A DNA stretch of 64,000 bases from Candidatus Spongiisociaceae bacterium (GTDB taxonomy: Bacteria > Actinomycetota > Acidimicrobiia > Spongiisociales > Spongiisociaceae). The notes below the pieces were generated by a model. The model was not told the DNA's origin. It saw nothing but the letters and a program-made list of their open reading frames with translations, and did no database searches. The stretch lies in contig OZ253564.1 in assembly GCA_965262915.1 (NCBI GenBank), positions 3,168,001 through 3,232,000 of the forward strand, read 5' to 3'. This document shows, piece after piece, positions 38,305-48,382 of the stretch. Position 1 is the first letter of the stretch, and each line of letters starts with the position of its first letter. The translations under genes were made by a program, and so were the position numbers.

Positions 38305-39486
38305 CTATCCGGGTCGGCTCCGGATGGCGTAGACCTTGTAGCTGTGCCGGTACCTCCGGGTCTCTTCGCCCAGATCCGTCCAAGCGGATGTTCCGCTCTC
38401 GCGGCACTCGGCCTGCCAGACCACGTCGAGGATGATGGGGTACCCGGCGCTGTAGCCGCCTCGCAGGGAGGATCTCCGGTATACCACCGTGGTACCTCCG
38501 ATGTCCACCGTGACAGGAGACGTCAACGACCAGGCGGCGCGGAAGCTGTGCGCGTACCGATGGAAGGTCCTGTTGCCCAGATCGGTACCGTCCAGGGTGC
38601 CGAGATCGGTGAACGACCAGGACAGATGGCTCACCCACGACCTCAGGTTCACCTGATCACCGTTGATCCGGGTGCTGAGGCTGAATCGCGGATCGTCCGT
38701 GTACAGGGCTCTCATCGGAACCCTGACGTAGCCGTTGGCGGTCGGCTGCAAGCCCAGGCCGGGGGTCGGCCGGTCTTCCACGGCAGCGAGGAAGGCGTCG
38801 AAGGCCTCGGGATCCTCGCACACCCTTGACTCCGGGGGTCGGGTCGGGCCCGGCCCGTCGGTCGGGGGTACCCCCTCCGTCGGAGCCGGCCCCTCGGTGG
38901 GCGGAGGCCCGTCGGTGGGCGGCGGGCAGTCCGGCGGATGGGAGTCCGGATCATCCTCGCAATGTTCATGCGGGATGTTCACCCAGGTACCGCAATTTCC
39001 CGGGCTCGTGTCGGCGGGAAGGCTGTGGGCGCCGACACACACCGCGTAGGTGGGACCCGTCCGGTCCTCGTGCCGGCCTAGGTAGGTGTACTTCACCGCC
39101 AGTCCGTCGCCGTGAGGCGAATGCCCGCCGGGTTGTCCGATGTTGCAACTGTTGGTGATCCCCGGTCTCGGGGGGCTTATCACCGGGCCGCACGGCTTCC
39201 ATACGGGCCCAACCTGGGACCAGTTGAGGCAGACCGGGATAGCTCCACCCGGCAGCATGCCCTGGCCGGCACACTCCCATTCCTTCCAGTGGTTCCAATG
39301 GCGCTCCCAGTCCCAGGTCGTAGCGGTGCGGCCGGCCTTCCACGACGACGCGGGAGGGTCTGCCCCTCCGGGTTCCGAGGCCCACAGGGCAGCCAGTAGC
39401 AGCAGACCTCCCACCGCGATCCAGCCGGCAGGAACCGCCACGGTCTGCAACACGGAGCGGAGCGATCGGAGGGTGGAGTGCGGCAC
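38305..39486 (-). CDS. Secreted hypothetical protein: Cys/Trp-rich N-terminal part, Pro-Thr repeats, beta-rich (PKD-like) C-terminal domain
   Basis: Hydrophobic signal segment; PPTDGPPPTEGPAPTEG repeats; PTPGLGLQP...LSWSF...YPIILDVVW. Confidence 0.65.
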   Translation of the reverse strand: MPHSTLRSLRSVLQTVAVPAGWIAVGGLLLLAALWASEPGGADPPASSWKAGRTATTWDWERHWNHWKEWECAGQGMLPGGAIPVCLNWSQVGPVWKPCGPVISPPRPGITNSCNIGQPGGHSPHGDGLAVKYTYLGRHEDRTGPTYAVCVGAHSLPADTSPGNCGTWVNIPHEHCEDDPDSHPPDCPPPTDGPPPTEGPAPTEGVPPTDGPGPTRPPESRVCEDPEAFDAFLAAVEDRPTPGLGLQPTANGYVRVPMRALYTDDPRFSLSTRINGDQVNLRSWVSHLSWSFTDLGTLDGTDLGNRTFHRYAHSFRAAWSLTSPVTVDIGGTTVVYRRSSLRGGYSAGYPIILDVVWQAECRESGTSAWTDLGEETRRYRHSYKVYAIRSRPG

Positions 39487-39489
39487 CGG

Positions 39490-40428
39490 TCAGTAACGTC
39501 CTGTGGATCCGGGTGCCTCGTCCTCGTTGATCTCCAGATGGGGATCACGGGGACACCGGATGTCGTTACCGATCAGTTCCATGATGACAAGCACCTTCAC
39601 GCAGTAGGACCTCCTATAGGAGAGCTTCCACTCCCCCTCGATCTGCACGAGGGTGTCGAGAAGCTGATCGGTCGGCGGCCAGTCGGGATGGTCGAAGCGG
39701 TACCTGACACCGATGACGGCCTCATCGTGATCCGGTCCGCCATGCCACCGGATATCCTCGAAGATGATGCTGTATCGTCCCCGTTCGTCCGGGCGGAACA
39801 GGCCGGCGTCATGGGTCAGGCCGAAGTCGTCCAGAGCTGCGAACACCTCTTCGAGCAGATGGCTGTTCCGAATGGCGGACCGGCGCTGGTCGTCGGTACC
39901 GGTCCATGCCCAACGGAACACCCTCTTGATTTCCGCCAACGTGCAGGGGTCCTCAACCGGGTATCCATCGGCCTCCCACAACTCCTCCACCGAGGCGCAC
40001 CGCAGTGGCCCGGGCCCGGCCGTGGTGGCCGGTCCCTCCGTCGGGGTGGGGATAGCGGTGGATGGCATCACGGCAGTCGCCTCCGACACCCGAGCCCTAT
40101 CGTGATCGGCCGCGGGCGATGCGGCGTCCGTAGCGACAGGCGCCTCGGTCGTGATGGCCACATCCTGTCTTACCGCGGGAACCTCAGTCGTGTGGGCGAC
40201 CCCGGTAGAGGAGGCAACCGTAGACCGATCCACGGTCCGGACCGGCGCGGTAGCCGGCGTCCGGAGAGTGGTCGAGACAACCGGGGTACCGCCGAGATGG
40301 GGCAACGTGGAGTCGGATACGTCTGGAGCATCCTCCCCGGCGGGTACTCCCAACACGACAGCCAACGCCAGGAGACCGACCAGGGTCAGGGCAAACAAGG
40401 CCTTCTCGACGGGACGGATCACATCCAC
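39490..40428 (-). CDS. Membrane-anchored/secreted hypothetical protein with Thr-rich linker and NTF2-like C-terminal domain
   Basis: One N-terminal TM segment, Thr/Ala linker, C-terminal VQIEGEWKLSYRRSYC...C; 3 bp from the next gene. Confidence 0.65.
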   Translation of the reverse strand: MDVIRPVEKALFALTLVGLLALAVVLGVPAGEDAPDVSDSTLPHLGGTPVVSTTLRTPATAPVRTVDRSTVASSTGVAHTTEVPAVRQDVAITTEAPVATDAASPAADHDRARVSEATAVMPSTAIPTPTEGPATTAGPGPLRCASVEELWEADGYPVEDPCTLAEIKRVFRWAWTGTDDQRRSAIRNSHLLEEVFAALDDFGLTHDAGLFRPDERGRYSIIFEDIRWHGGPDHDEAVIGVRYRFDHPDWPPTDQLLDTLVQIEGEWKLSYRRSYCVKVLVIMELIGNDIRCPRDPHLEINEDEAPGSTGRY

Positions 40429-40530
40429 CTACCGGAACAGCACAGCATTCATCAACATGAAGTGAGCCTACGAGCATGAACATGTTGTTTGTCGAGATTA
40501 GTGGAGGTTAAATAATACTGCCATTCGGAA

Positions 40531-40545
40531 AAGAATGTCATTCTT
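40531..40545. promoter_or_regulatory. Palindrome upstream of the secreted-protein pair
   Basis: AAGAATG-T-CATTCTT, inside a longer imperfect inverted repeat 40520-40557 in an AT-rich patch. Confidence 0.4.
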
Positions 40546-40772
40546 CACGAATATGGCGGCACATCCCGGGATTGAACGTCATACTCGTTCTCGGGGAGCC
40601 GGCCGAGACGGGCCGCCAGATCGGAGCGACGCTCCGCCACCGAGTTACCGGCCGGAGTGGGAACGCCGCCGGCGACAACCCCGGGGCGGTCCGCCTCCGG
40701 CATGGGAGTCGGTGACCGGGACCCGTACCGTTTCTTCGGGGACAGCGGTGGGGACCCGGGTTGGCATATCCC

Positions 40773-42137
40773 TCACGAGAACCGCGTAGGCGAGAACGGA
40801 CCGGGGTCGAGATCGGTGGGCAGCCCGCACAGCATCTGGGCCACCATCCGGCCGGTAACCGGACCGAGCGACAACCCGAGCTTGCCGTGACCCACGGCAT
40901 AGGTGACGTTGCTCCAGCGAGGCGTCGGACCGATGATGGGAATCCCGTCCGGTGTCACCGGCCGGATTCCCGCCCACCGCTCGAGGACCGTCAGGTCCGG
41001 ATCGAGCCGGATGCGGGATCGAACGTTGGCCTCGATATGCGCCAGCCGATCGAGGGACGGTCTGGTGTCGAGACGCCCCAGCTCCAACCATCCGCTCATC
41101 CTCAGCTGGTCGCCCATCGGGTTCACGGCCGCCCACCTATCACCTATAAGGATGTTGAGGCGGGGACCCAGGCGCGGCCGAGCGACCGTCATGCTGTAGC
41201 CCTTCCCGGGCTGGACAGGAATCGAGTCGCCCAGGAAGGAAGCCACCCCGGGAGTCCAAGCCCCGGTGGCCACCACCACCTGGTCGGCCGCCAGGTTGCC
41301 GCGCGACGTCACGAGCTGATCCACCACAGTCGCCGAGGTGGTGAACCCGAGCAACTCCGTCTGCGGAGCGAACCTCACTCCCCGCTCGGCCAGAATCGAG
41401 GCCAGGGACGACAGGAAGCGGGCGGGATCGAGACCGCCGTCGTCCACGCACAGAAACCCCCCGATGACCTCGTCGTTCAGCGCCGGCTCGAGCTCGTGGA
41501 TCTCGGTGGCCCCGAACATCTCGATGGCGACGCCGTGATGTTCCATCTCGGCTGCTTCGTGCCTGGCGCTCGCCAGGACTTTCTCGTCCCCGTACACGTG
41601 CAGAAGCCCGTCCGGTCGGTAACCGCAGTCCATCCCCTCCTCGGCGATCCAGCTGACCATCAACTCGGCGCTGAGGAAGCCGAGGGCGGTCAGCGTGACG
41701 GCGCCCCTATGGGCGGCCTTGCGGGTGCAGTTACGGACGAATCGGAGGATCCACCTCAGGTAGTCCGGATCGAGCGAGGGTCGAGCGGTGACCGGCCCGG
41801 TACGCCTCAGCATGCCCTTGAGCACCCCTGGCAGGACGCCGGGCGCCGCGAGCGGGATCACGTGACTTGGGACAACAAAACCGGCGTTGCCCGCCGCGCT
41901 GCCGCGCGCGATCGGGCCCTTGTCGATTACCACCACCTCCCGGCCACGGGCCACCAGTTCGTAAGCCGTGCACAGTCCAATCACACCTCCGCCGATCACG
42001 GCCACGTCGGCCTGGCCGGGAATGGTTGAGACTGATGGACCTCGGTCAACCGGTTCGGGTCTGGGTCGGCCGGCGGACGGCGACCCGCCTGGTGGTGTCG
42101 AGACTGATGGATCTTGGTCAACCGGTTCGGGTGGCAA
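40773..42137 (-). CDS. FAD-dependent D-amino acid dehydrogenase/oxidase family protein (start uncertain)
   Basis: DVAVIGGGVIG, SAAGNAG, QPGKGYS, WAGIRPVTPDGIPIIG, GHGKLGLSLGP. Confidence 0.85.
   Translation of the reverse strand: MPPEPVDQDPSVSTPPGGSPSAGRPRPEPVDRGPSVSTIPGQADVAVIGGGVIGLCTAYELVARGREVVVIDKGPIARGSAAGNAGFVVPSHVIPLAAPGVLPGVLKGMLRRTGPVTARPSLDPDYLRWILRFVRNCTRKAAHRGAVTLTALGFLSAELMVSWIAEEGMDCGYRPDGLLHVYGDEKVLASARHEAAEMEHHGVAIEMFGATEIHELEPALNDEVIGGFLCVDDGGLDPARFLSSLASILAERGVRFAPQTELLGFTTSATVVDQLVTSRGNLAADQVVVATGAWTPGVASFLGDSIPVQPGKGYSMTVARPRLGPRLNILIGDRWAAVNPMGDQLRMSGWLELGRLDTRPSLDRLAHIEANVRSRIRLDPDLTVLERWAGIRPVTPDGIPIIGPTPRWSNVTYAVGHGKLGLSLGPVTGRMVAQMLCGLPTDLDPGPFSPTRFS
42028..42132. 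repeat. Two 33-bp direct repeats, period 72 bp
   Basis: gagactgatggaYctYggtcaaccggttcgggt at 42028-42060 and 42100-42132. Confidence 0.85.
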
Positions 42138-42216
42138 TCCGACCCCCTCGGGTGGAGCATGGCGTTGTCGCGGCGTACCTGATGTACGGCCACGATACCG
42201 CAGGATCGTGCGACAT

Positions 42217-43010
42217 CTAGGAGGGTGCCTAAAAACCCCGTACAGAGGGGTTGGCAAGGGAGCCGACACTCTCAGACCAGGTAGTTTGCCAACCGGCTAA
42301 CCCCGCAGGATTCGTTTCTCGGCACCCTCCTACGACACCCGGAGGAAGCGAGTCGCCGCTCATCGGCCACCCGAACTTCGGGGGCTGCATACCCGCACTG
42401 ATGACCCCGTGTGACCAGAGCGGTTCACGCGACTCCGACGATCCGGCGGCAAACGCCACCCGCTTCGCCGGCCGTGGTGTGTCTGTGGTCGTGTACTGCG
42501 GTTCTATAGGGAAATCGCCGCTCCTCTACGACCGTCGCCCATGCCCGCTCGGCGATGCGTCCTGTGAGTGAGTTCGACGATGGACCCGGCCTGGTCCGCA
42601 GAGGGCTAGCGGATAGGTGCTCACCTGGGGAGACACAGGCTGCGACATTTCAAGAACCGCCCGCGATGACCTGGGGTTTCCCAACGAGCAGCCGCCTCGT
42701 GTTGCCTACACAAGCGAGCGCGCTCCGCCTATCCGCTAGTCCTCTTACTTCAAAGTACCTATCCGGGTGCGGGACGGCAGCGGTACGGAGGCTCGCCTTC
42801 ATCGCTCCGAGTGGCTGACCGCTACCCACCGCGGCTACGCGGCAACCCGGTCGGGTACGTTCGAGCGCCGATAGGCCGATCGGGAGGGCACGACTTAGGA
42901 GGGTGCTCAAAAACCCCGTGCAAAGGGGTTCGCTCGCTAGCCCACAAGTCTCAGACCAGGTGGTTCACCAGTCAGCGAACCCCGCAAGTTCGTTTTTGAG
43001 CACCCTCCTA
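42217..43010. repeat. Non-coding cluster of MITE-like units
   Basis: 42220-42330 ggagggtgcc...ggcaccctcc after CTAG; 42600-42745 agagggctagcggatagg...cctatccgctagtcctct; 42898-43008 ggagggtgctcaaaaac...gtttttgagcaccctcc; first and last are homologous along their length. Confidence 0.8.
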
Positions 43011-43032
43011 CCCACCCAGGCGTGAGAGCGGG

Positions 43033-43737
43033 CTAGGTGACTCCACGGCGTCGCCGGTAGGAGACGATGTCGGATCCGGCGAATACCAGGACGAGCACCG
43101 CGGCGAAGACCAGACGCCGCTGCCAGAACCACACCGCGGCGGCCACGCCGACCACCAAGCCGATGATGCGGGAATGGAGGTCGCCGCTCGGACCGAGCAT
43201 CCCCACCAGCACCACCCGCAGCATCTTTGAGCCATCCAGACCCCCGATCGGCAGCCAGTTGACGAGTCCCCATACAACCGACACCCAAATGAAAGCCCCC
43301 ACGAAGAAGACCACGTACTCGCCGGAGGCGTCCGCAGCACGAAGGTGGATACGCCATGGCTGGTCGATGATCAACCCCGCCGACTCCCCCATCCCGCCGA
43401 GCCGGACGAAGAGGTACAGCCCCATCCCGGCGAACAATCCGACGCCGGAGCCGGCGGCTGCGATGGTGAAATGCTTCCATGCACGCAGTCGGCGGTCTCC
43501 CTCCCTCCACACGGTGGCGCCCCCCAGGGCATAGATGGTGATGCCCTCCACAGAACCACCGAGACGTCGCACCGTAGTAGCGTGGCCTAGCTCGTGGAGC
43601 ATCACCGAGATGAGGATCGCCACCGTCCACAGGATCATCGCGACTGCACTGAGTCCCGAGTCGATGATCAGGACAACAAGCAACAGGAAACTGAGATGGA
43701 TTCCGATCGGGAATCCGAACACCCTGAAACGGAGCAC
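43033..43737 (-). CDS. Site-2 protease (M50) family membrane metalloprotease
   Basis: HELGH and NWLPIGGLDG motifs, multiple TM segments. Confidence 0.88.
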   Translation of the reverse strand: MLRFRVFGFPIGIHLSFLLLVVLIIDSGLSAVAMILWTVAILISVMLHELGHATTVRRLGGSVEGITIYALGGATVWREGDRRLRAWKHFTIAAAGSGVGLFAGMGLYLFVRLGGMGESAGLIIDQPWRIHLRAADASGEYVVFFVGAFIWVSVVWGLVNWLPIGGLDGSKMLRVVLVGMLGPSGDLHSRIIGLVVGVAAAVWFWQRRLVFAAVLVLVFAGSDIVSYRRRRGVT

Positions 43738-43874
43738 CGAATCAGGGTAGCCAGTGGTTGGTGGTCATTGGTCACCGGCGACGGCTCTCGGCCTCCTCGG
43801 CCTGGCCTGCTCGCGATGGCCCGGCTCGCCTCATCGGCGGCTGGAGAGCACAAGGTTGCGGACAGGCTCCCCGA

Positions 43875-44891
43875 TCAGGCTTCCAATTGCTCCAAGGCGT
43901 CATCGGCCAGCCTTTCCACCGACCGTGCGAGATCCGACAGGTCGACATCGGCGATGTTCGCCATCGCTCCGTGAAGGTAACGGGCGTAGACTCCTTCGAG
44001 AATGGCGGCCAGCCTCCACGACTGGAAAGCCCGGTAGTAGCCGATCCGCGACACGTCGGCGCCGGTTAACTGTCCGTAGAGGGCGACCATCTCCTCGCGG
44101 TCGGGAAATCCGCCTGCCTGGATCGCCGAGGACCGCCACACCACCGGTTCGTGAGGCGCGATCCAGTCGTTGGCGAGGTAGCCGAGGTCGGCCAGCGGAT
44201 CACCCAACGTGCACAGCTCCCAGTCCACCACCGCCTGAACCTTCCCCGAGGCGACTATGAGGTTGCCCAGCCGGTAGTCCCCGTGGACCACACCGGCTCG
44301 GGCCTGGGACGGGATCCCATCCCCCAAGAGGATGCGAGCCCGATCCATCGCGGGGAGCTCGCGTTGTTTCGAAGCCTCCAACTGGCGAGCCCACCGGTAC
44401 AACTGGCGCTGCAGGTAACCCTCGCGGCGTCCGAGGTCCCCCAGGCCGATCTCGGCGGGATCCAGCGAGTGGAGGGCAGCGAGCACCTCGACCGCCGACG
44501 CCGCTACCGACGGGCGCTCGTCTTCGGGTACCAGGGCACCCGAGCGGCGATCGTGGAGTACCAGTCCGTCCACGAAACCCATGATGTAGAAGGGTGCTTG
44601 ATTCACCGCCGGATCGGAACACAGGCCCATCGCCCGGGGCACCGGCACGCCCGACCCCTGGAGGGCGGATATCACCCGGTACTCCCTCGCCATGTCATGG
44701 GCCCTCGGGAGGATGTGTCCCAGGGGGGGCCTGCGCAGTGCGAACCGGCGCCCCCCTGCTCCGAGTACCCGGTAGGTCAGGTTGGAGTTACCACCCGGAA
44801 TCGGCTCGAAGACGAAGGGCGGCTCGGCGGTCTCGACATTGGCCGCCATCCAAGCCGTCACGGCTCCCCCGTCGATACCGGCGACAGGCAT
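43875..44891 (-). CDS. APH-like phosphotransferase family protein
   Basis: GGNSNLTY, LRRPP, AHDMAREY, HGDYRLGN, VDWEL, GDPLADL. Confidence 0.88.
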   Translation of the reverse strand: MPVAGIDGGAVTAWMAANVETAEPPFVFEPIPGGNSNLTYRVLGAGGRRFALRRPPLGHILPRAHDMAREYRVISALQGSGVPVPRAMGLCSDPAVNQAPFYIMGFVDGLVLHDRRSGALVPEDERPSVAASAVEVLAALHSLDPAEIGLGDLGRREGYLQRQLYRWARQLEASKQRELPAMDRARILLGDGIPSQARAGVVHGDYRLGNLIVASGKVQAVVDWELCTLGDPLADLGYLANDWIAPHEPVVWRSSAIQAGGFPDREEMVALYGQLTGADVSRIGYYRAFQSWRLAAILEGVYARYLHGAMANIADVDLSDLARSVERLADDALEQLEA

Positions 44892-45013
44892 TCCTCAGCC
44901 CACCACCCTGGCGGCGGAAGATCCGCGGATTCCCTCGCGGTCTCCCGTGCGGTGGGAGAACGGCCATCCGTCCGTTGTTGGGCCGGGAGCAGAGATCATT
45001 GTCCAGAACCTTC

Positions 45014-45673
45014 CTATGCGGAGCGCCGGGGCTCGGCTCGTCCGGAAGCGGCGGCTTCGATCGGCCCCCTGTCGAGCAGTCTCAGAAAGAACTGGACCAG
45101 CGGGCCGATCAGCACCGCGAACACCACCGTACCCACACCCACGGCGCCACCCAACAACCACCCGGCCACCAGGACCGTTCCCTCGATGAGAAGTCGGGCC
45201 AGCCGGATCGATATACCCCGGTCCGCCAGACCCGTCATCACCCCGTCCCTGGGACCGGGCCCGAGCCGCGCCCCGATGTAGAGACCGGATCCGATACCGG
45301 TGAACCCGGTGCCCGCCAACAGGTAGAGCCAGCGCACCAGGAGTACATCGGTCTCACCGACCACCACCAGGGTGACATCCACCGTGGCCCCCACCACCAT
45401 GACATTGAATACTGTTCCTATCCCGACCCTCTGCTTGAGCGGGATCCACGCCAGCAGGACCACCGCGCTGACGAGGATGACCACGAGGCCGATGGAGAAC
45501 GGAACGTGCCTGGCGGCTCCCTGATGGAAAGCATCCCAAGGTGAGAGCCCCAGACCCGAGCGGAGTCTCAGGGCAATTCCCATCCCGAACAGGACCAAGC
45601 CGAGTATCAGACCGGGCATCCGGCCCAGGACCGCGCGACCGCGAGCCGAACGAAGCCAGGGCAGAGCGCTCAT
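45014..45673 (-). CDS. YczE/YyaS/YitT family membrane protein
   Basis: LGLSPWD, GIGTVFN, LGPGPRDGVM, VGVGTVVFAVLIGP. Confidence 0.85.
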   Translation of the reverse strand: MSALPWLRSARGRAVLGRMPGLILGLVLFGMGIALRLRSGLGLSPWDAFHQGAARHVPFSIGLVVILVSAVVLLAWIPLKQRVGIGTVFNVMVVGATVDVTLVVVGETDVLLVRWLYLLAGTGFTGIGSGLYIGARLGPGPRDGVMTGLADRGISIRLARLLIEGTVLVAGWLLGGAVGVGTVVFAVLIGPLVQFFLRLLDRGPIEAAASGRAEPRRSA

Positions 45674-45739
45674 CCGTCGGCGCCTATGAGGCAACTGAGC
45701 ACTGACGATTACACCGGTTCGTAGCTCGCTGACCAGGCA

Positions 45740-46804
45740 CTATAGTTGTCGAGCCGCCGGCCACGGGAGGGTTCTCGCCACCGCTGGGGCGCTCACCGGT
45801 ATCGATCCGAGCCGCTCTATGAGGTCGACCACCCGGTTGGAGTACCCCCACTCGTTGTCGTACCAGGCCACGACCTTGACGAGGTTGCCCCCGAGAACGT
45901 CGGTCGCCTCGCTGTCGAAGACGCTCGAGTGCGCGTTGCCGATGATGTCCGAAGACACGAGAGGTTCCTCCGAGAACTGCAGGACGGAACGCATCGGCCC
46001 GGCGGCCGCCCTCCGCACCGCGCGGTTCACCGCCGGGACATCCACCGCTTCTGCAAGTTCCACGACCAGTTCGACCAGCGAGCCGTCGGGTACGGGTACC
46101 CGCATGGCCATCCCGTCCAACCTCCCCGACAGTTCGGGTAGGACCTTCCCCACCGCCTTGGCCGCTCCGGTCGAGGTGGGGATGATGTTCTCGGTGGCGG
46201 CGCGGGAACGGCGGAGGTCCTTGTGAGGCACGTCCGCTAGGCGCTGATCGTTGGTATAGGCGTGAACCGTGGTCATGATTCCCCGGACGACGCCGAACTC
46301 GTCGTTGAGCACCTTGGCCACCGGCGCCAGGCAGTTGGTGGTGCAGGAGGCGTTCGAAACGATCCGGTCGGAAGGTTCGAGGTCAGCGTCGTTGACTCCG
46401 AGCACGATGGTCCTGTCGATCTCGTCCTTGGCGGGCACGGTGAGCAGGACCCTCCCGGCGCCGGCCTCGAGGTGCTGCTCAAGCGCGGCGCGGTGGCGGA
46501 AGACTCCGGTCGATTCGATCACCACGTCGACACCCAGCCGGCGCCAGGGCAACGCGGCGGGATGGCGTTCCTGCAACATGCGAATGTGATGACCACCTAC
46601 CGTCATCGCCCCCTCCCTCACCATAACCTTGTAGTTGAGGGTTCCCATGACCGAGTCGCGCCGCAGCAGGTAGGCGAGCACCTCGTCATCGGCCAGGTCG
46701 TTGATCGCCACCACGTCGATGGGCGAGTCGGGGCGATCGAGGATTATCCGGAGGACGGCTCTCCCGATGCGGCCGAAGCCGTTGATGGCGACCCTGATCG
46801 TCAT
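45740..46804 (-). CDS. gap: Type I glyceraldehyde-3-phosphate dehydrogenase
   Basis: MTIRVAINGFGRIGR, catalytic SNASCTTNCLAP, HAYTNDQ, WYDNEWGYS. Confidence 0.96.
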   Translation of the reverse strand: MTIRVAINGFGRIGRAVLRIILDRPDSPIDVVAINDLADDEVLAYLLRRDSVMGTLNYKVMVREGAMTVGGHHIRMLQERHPAALPWRRLGVDVVIESTGVFRHRAALEQHLEAGAGRVLLTVPAKDEIDRTIVLGVNDADLEPSDRIVSNASCTTNCLAPVAKVLNDEFGVVRGIMTTVHAYTNDQRLADVPHKDLRRSRAATENIIPTSTGAAKAVGKVLPELSGRLDGMAMRVPVPDGSLVELVVELAEAVDVPAVNRAVRRAAAGPMRSVLQFSEEPLVSSDIIGNAHSSVFDSEATDVLGGNLVKVVAWYDNEWGYSNRVVDLIERLGSIPVSAPAVARTLPWPAARQL

Positions 46805-47765
46805 GCCGCATCCGCTCGCCGGTGGTAACGGCGCAGCAGTTCGACGATCCGGGCCGAGTAGCCCCAACCGGTGTCGAACCACACGACGGTCTTCAGCAGC
46901 GACCCTCCGATCAGCATCGTCGCCTTGCTGTCGAAGACCCCGGAGAACTCCGAGCCCCTGACATCGCTCGAGACGATCGGGTCTTCGGTGAATCCGAACA
47001 CCGCCGGATAATCGGTGGTGCATGCCGCCCGAACCACTTCGTTCACCTCTTCGACGCTCGTCCCGGTGCGAAGGCGGGTGACGGCGTCCACCGTGGAACC
47101 ATCATCCACCGGTACGTTGAGCGCCCCCGATGACAGACGGCCTTCCAGATGCGGGAACACGTCCACCAGGATGTCGGCCGTGTTGCTGTCCGCCGGAATG
47201 ATGTTCTCCCCTGCCGCCCGGCTGGTGCGGAACCCTCCCGTCGGGACATCGCCCAAGCGGGCTCGGTTCGTGTAGGCGTGAATGGTCGTGAAGAACATCT
47301 GCTCGATCCCATCGCGACGATTGGCGGGGAATGGTCGAGTATGGCATCGGTGACGCCGCTGAGCAGCAACGGGATGTCCCCGCGCTCCTCCGGCGTGGAC
47401 GCCAGGACAACCTTGGAGGCGCCCACCCGGAGGTGGCGAGCGCACCATTGGGCGGTCCGGTACCTACCGGTCGCCTGTACGACCACGTCCACCCCTAAGG
47501 CCTCCCAGTCCACGTCTCCCGGCTCCTTGGCCTGGATCAGCGGAATATGGCGGCCGTCCATGACTAGCGACTCCCCTTCGAGCCTTACCGGTCGCGGGAA
47601 CGGTCCGTAGATCGAGTCGTATTTCAGCAGGTAGGCAAGGGCATCCCGATCGGCGATGTCCACGATCGCTCCCACGGTGACCCGGGTGTCCCCGGCAAGC
47701 TGGCGGAAGACGTTGCGACCGATCCGGCCGAACCCCATCAGACCGATCGGCACCTGCGACCCCAT
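46801..47765 (-). pseudogene. Second GAPDH-like gene, frameshifted and lacking the catalytic-Cys segment
   Basis: N-half GLMGFGRIGR...KYDSIYG...IVAMGS and C-half GIEQMFFTTIHAYT...ENIIP...WFDTGWGYS lie in different frames, joined at GGGATCGA (47303-47310); stop overlaps gap ATG. Confidence 0.8.
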
Positions 47766-47980
47766 GTCTCGAAGCTGGAAGCGGTGGGAAGTCTATACGA
47801 CCCCATTCGTACCTTGCCCCGTCGCCCGTACCCGGTAGTCCGGGACGCAACCCCTTACCGTGTCTCCCCTGGTACCCTGAGGACAAGTCACCCAGCACCC
47901 CGCGCAGGCACCGATATATTGCGAATCGAGCCTGCCGGCGGTCATAATGGGGACGCTAGGAGCCGAAGGAGTCAGAAGAG

Positions 47981-48298
47981 ATGGCCGGCTACAAGATGAT
48001 GGTGTGGATCGATCAGGACCTGTGCACCGGCGACGGCATCTGCGAGGAGATCGCGCCGGATGTGTTCGAAGGTCGCGACGACGGACTGTGGGTCGTAAAG
48101 GAAGAGGCCAGGCACTTCGGCTCGACGCTGGTATTCGACGACGAGGCAGGCGACGGCCACGGACCGGAAGGATCCCGTGGAGTAGCCAGGGTCCCCGACA
48201 ACCTGATCGAGGATGTCATCGAATCGGCCGAGGAGTGCCCCGGCGAATGCATCATGATCGAGCCCTACAACCCCGAACTGGTAGCCGAGGGTCGCTGA
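47981..48298 (+). CDS. Single-cluster ferredoxin
   Basis: CTGDGICEEIAP...CPGECI (CxxDxxC...CP). Confidence 0.9.
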   Translation: MAGYKMMVWIDQDLCTGDGICEEIAPDVFEGRDDGLWVVKEEARHFGSTLVFDDEAGDGHGPEGSRGVARVPDNLIEDVIESAEECPGECIMIEPYNPELVAEGR

Positions 48299-48382
48299 GA
48301 CCATCCACCAACCCGAGAGCCGGTGTTGAGCATCCCGCCTCGTACCGGGACGGCGCGCCGGCCGGAGAGAGGTGGAGAGGTT

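Noticed and set aside
42028-42132. Possible mini-CRISPR (33-bp repeat, 39-bp spacer)
   Set aside because: Only two repeats, period is a multiple of three inside an ORF, no cas genes or AT-rich leader.
47290-47320. Programmed ribosomal frameshift in the gap-like gene
   Set aside because: No slippery sequence, and about 17 codons are missing, so a frameshift alone would not restore the protein.
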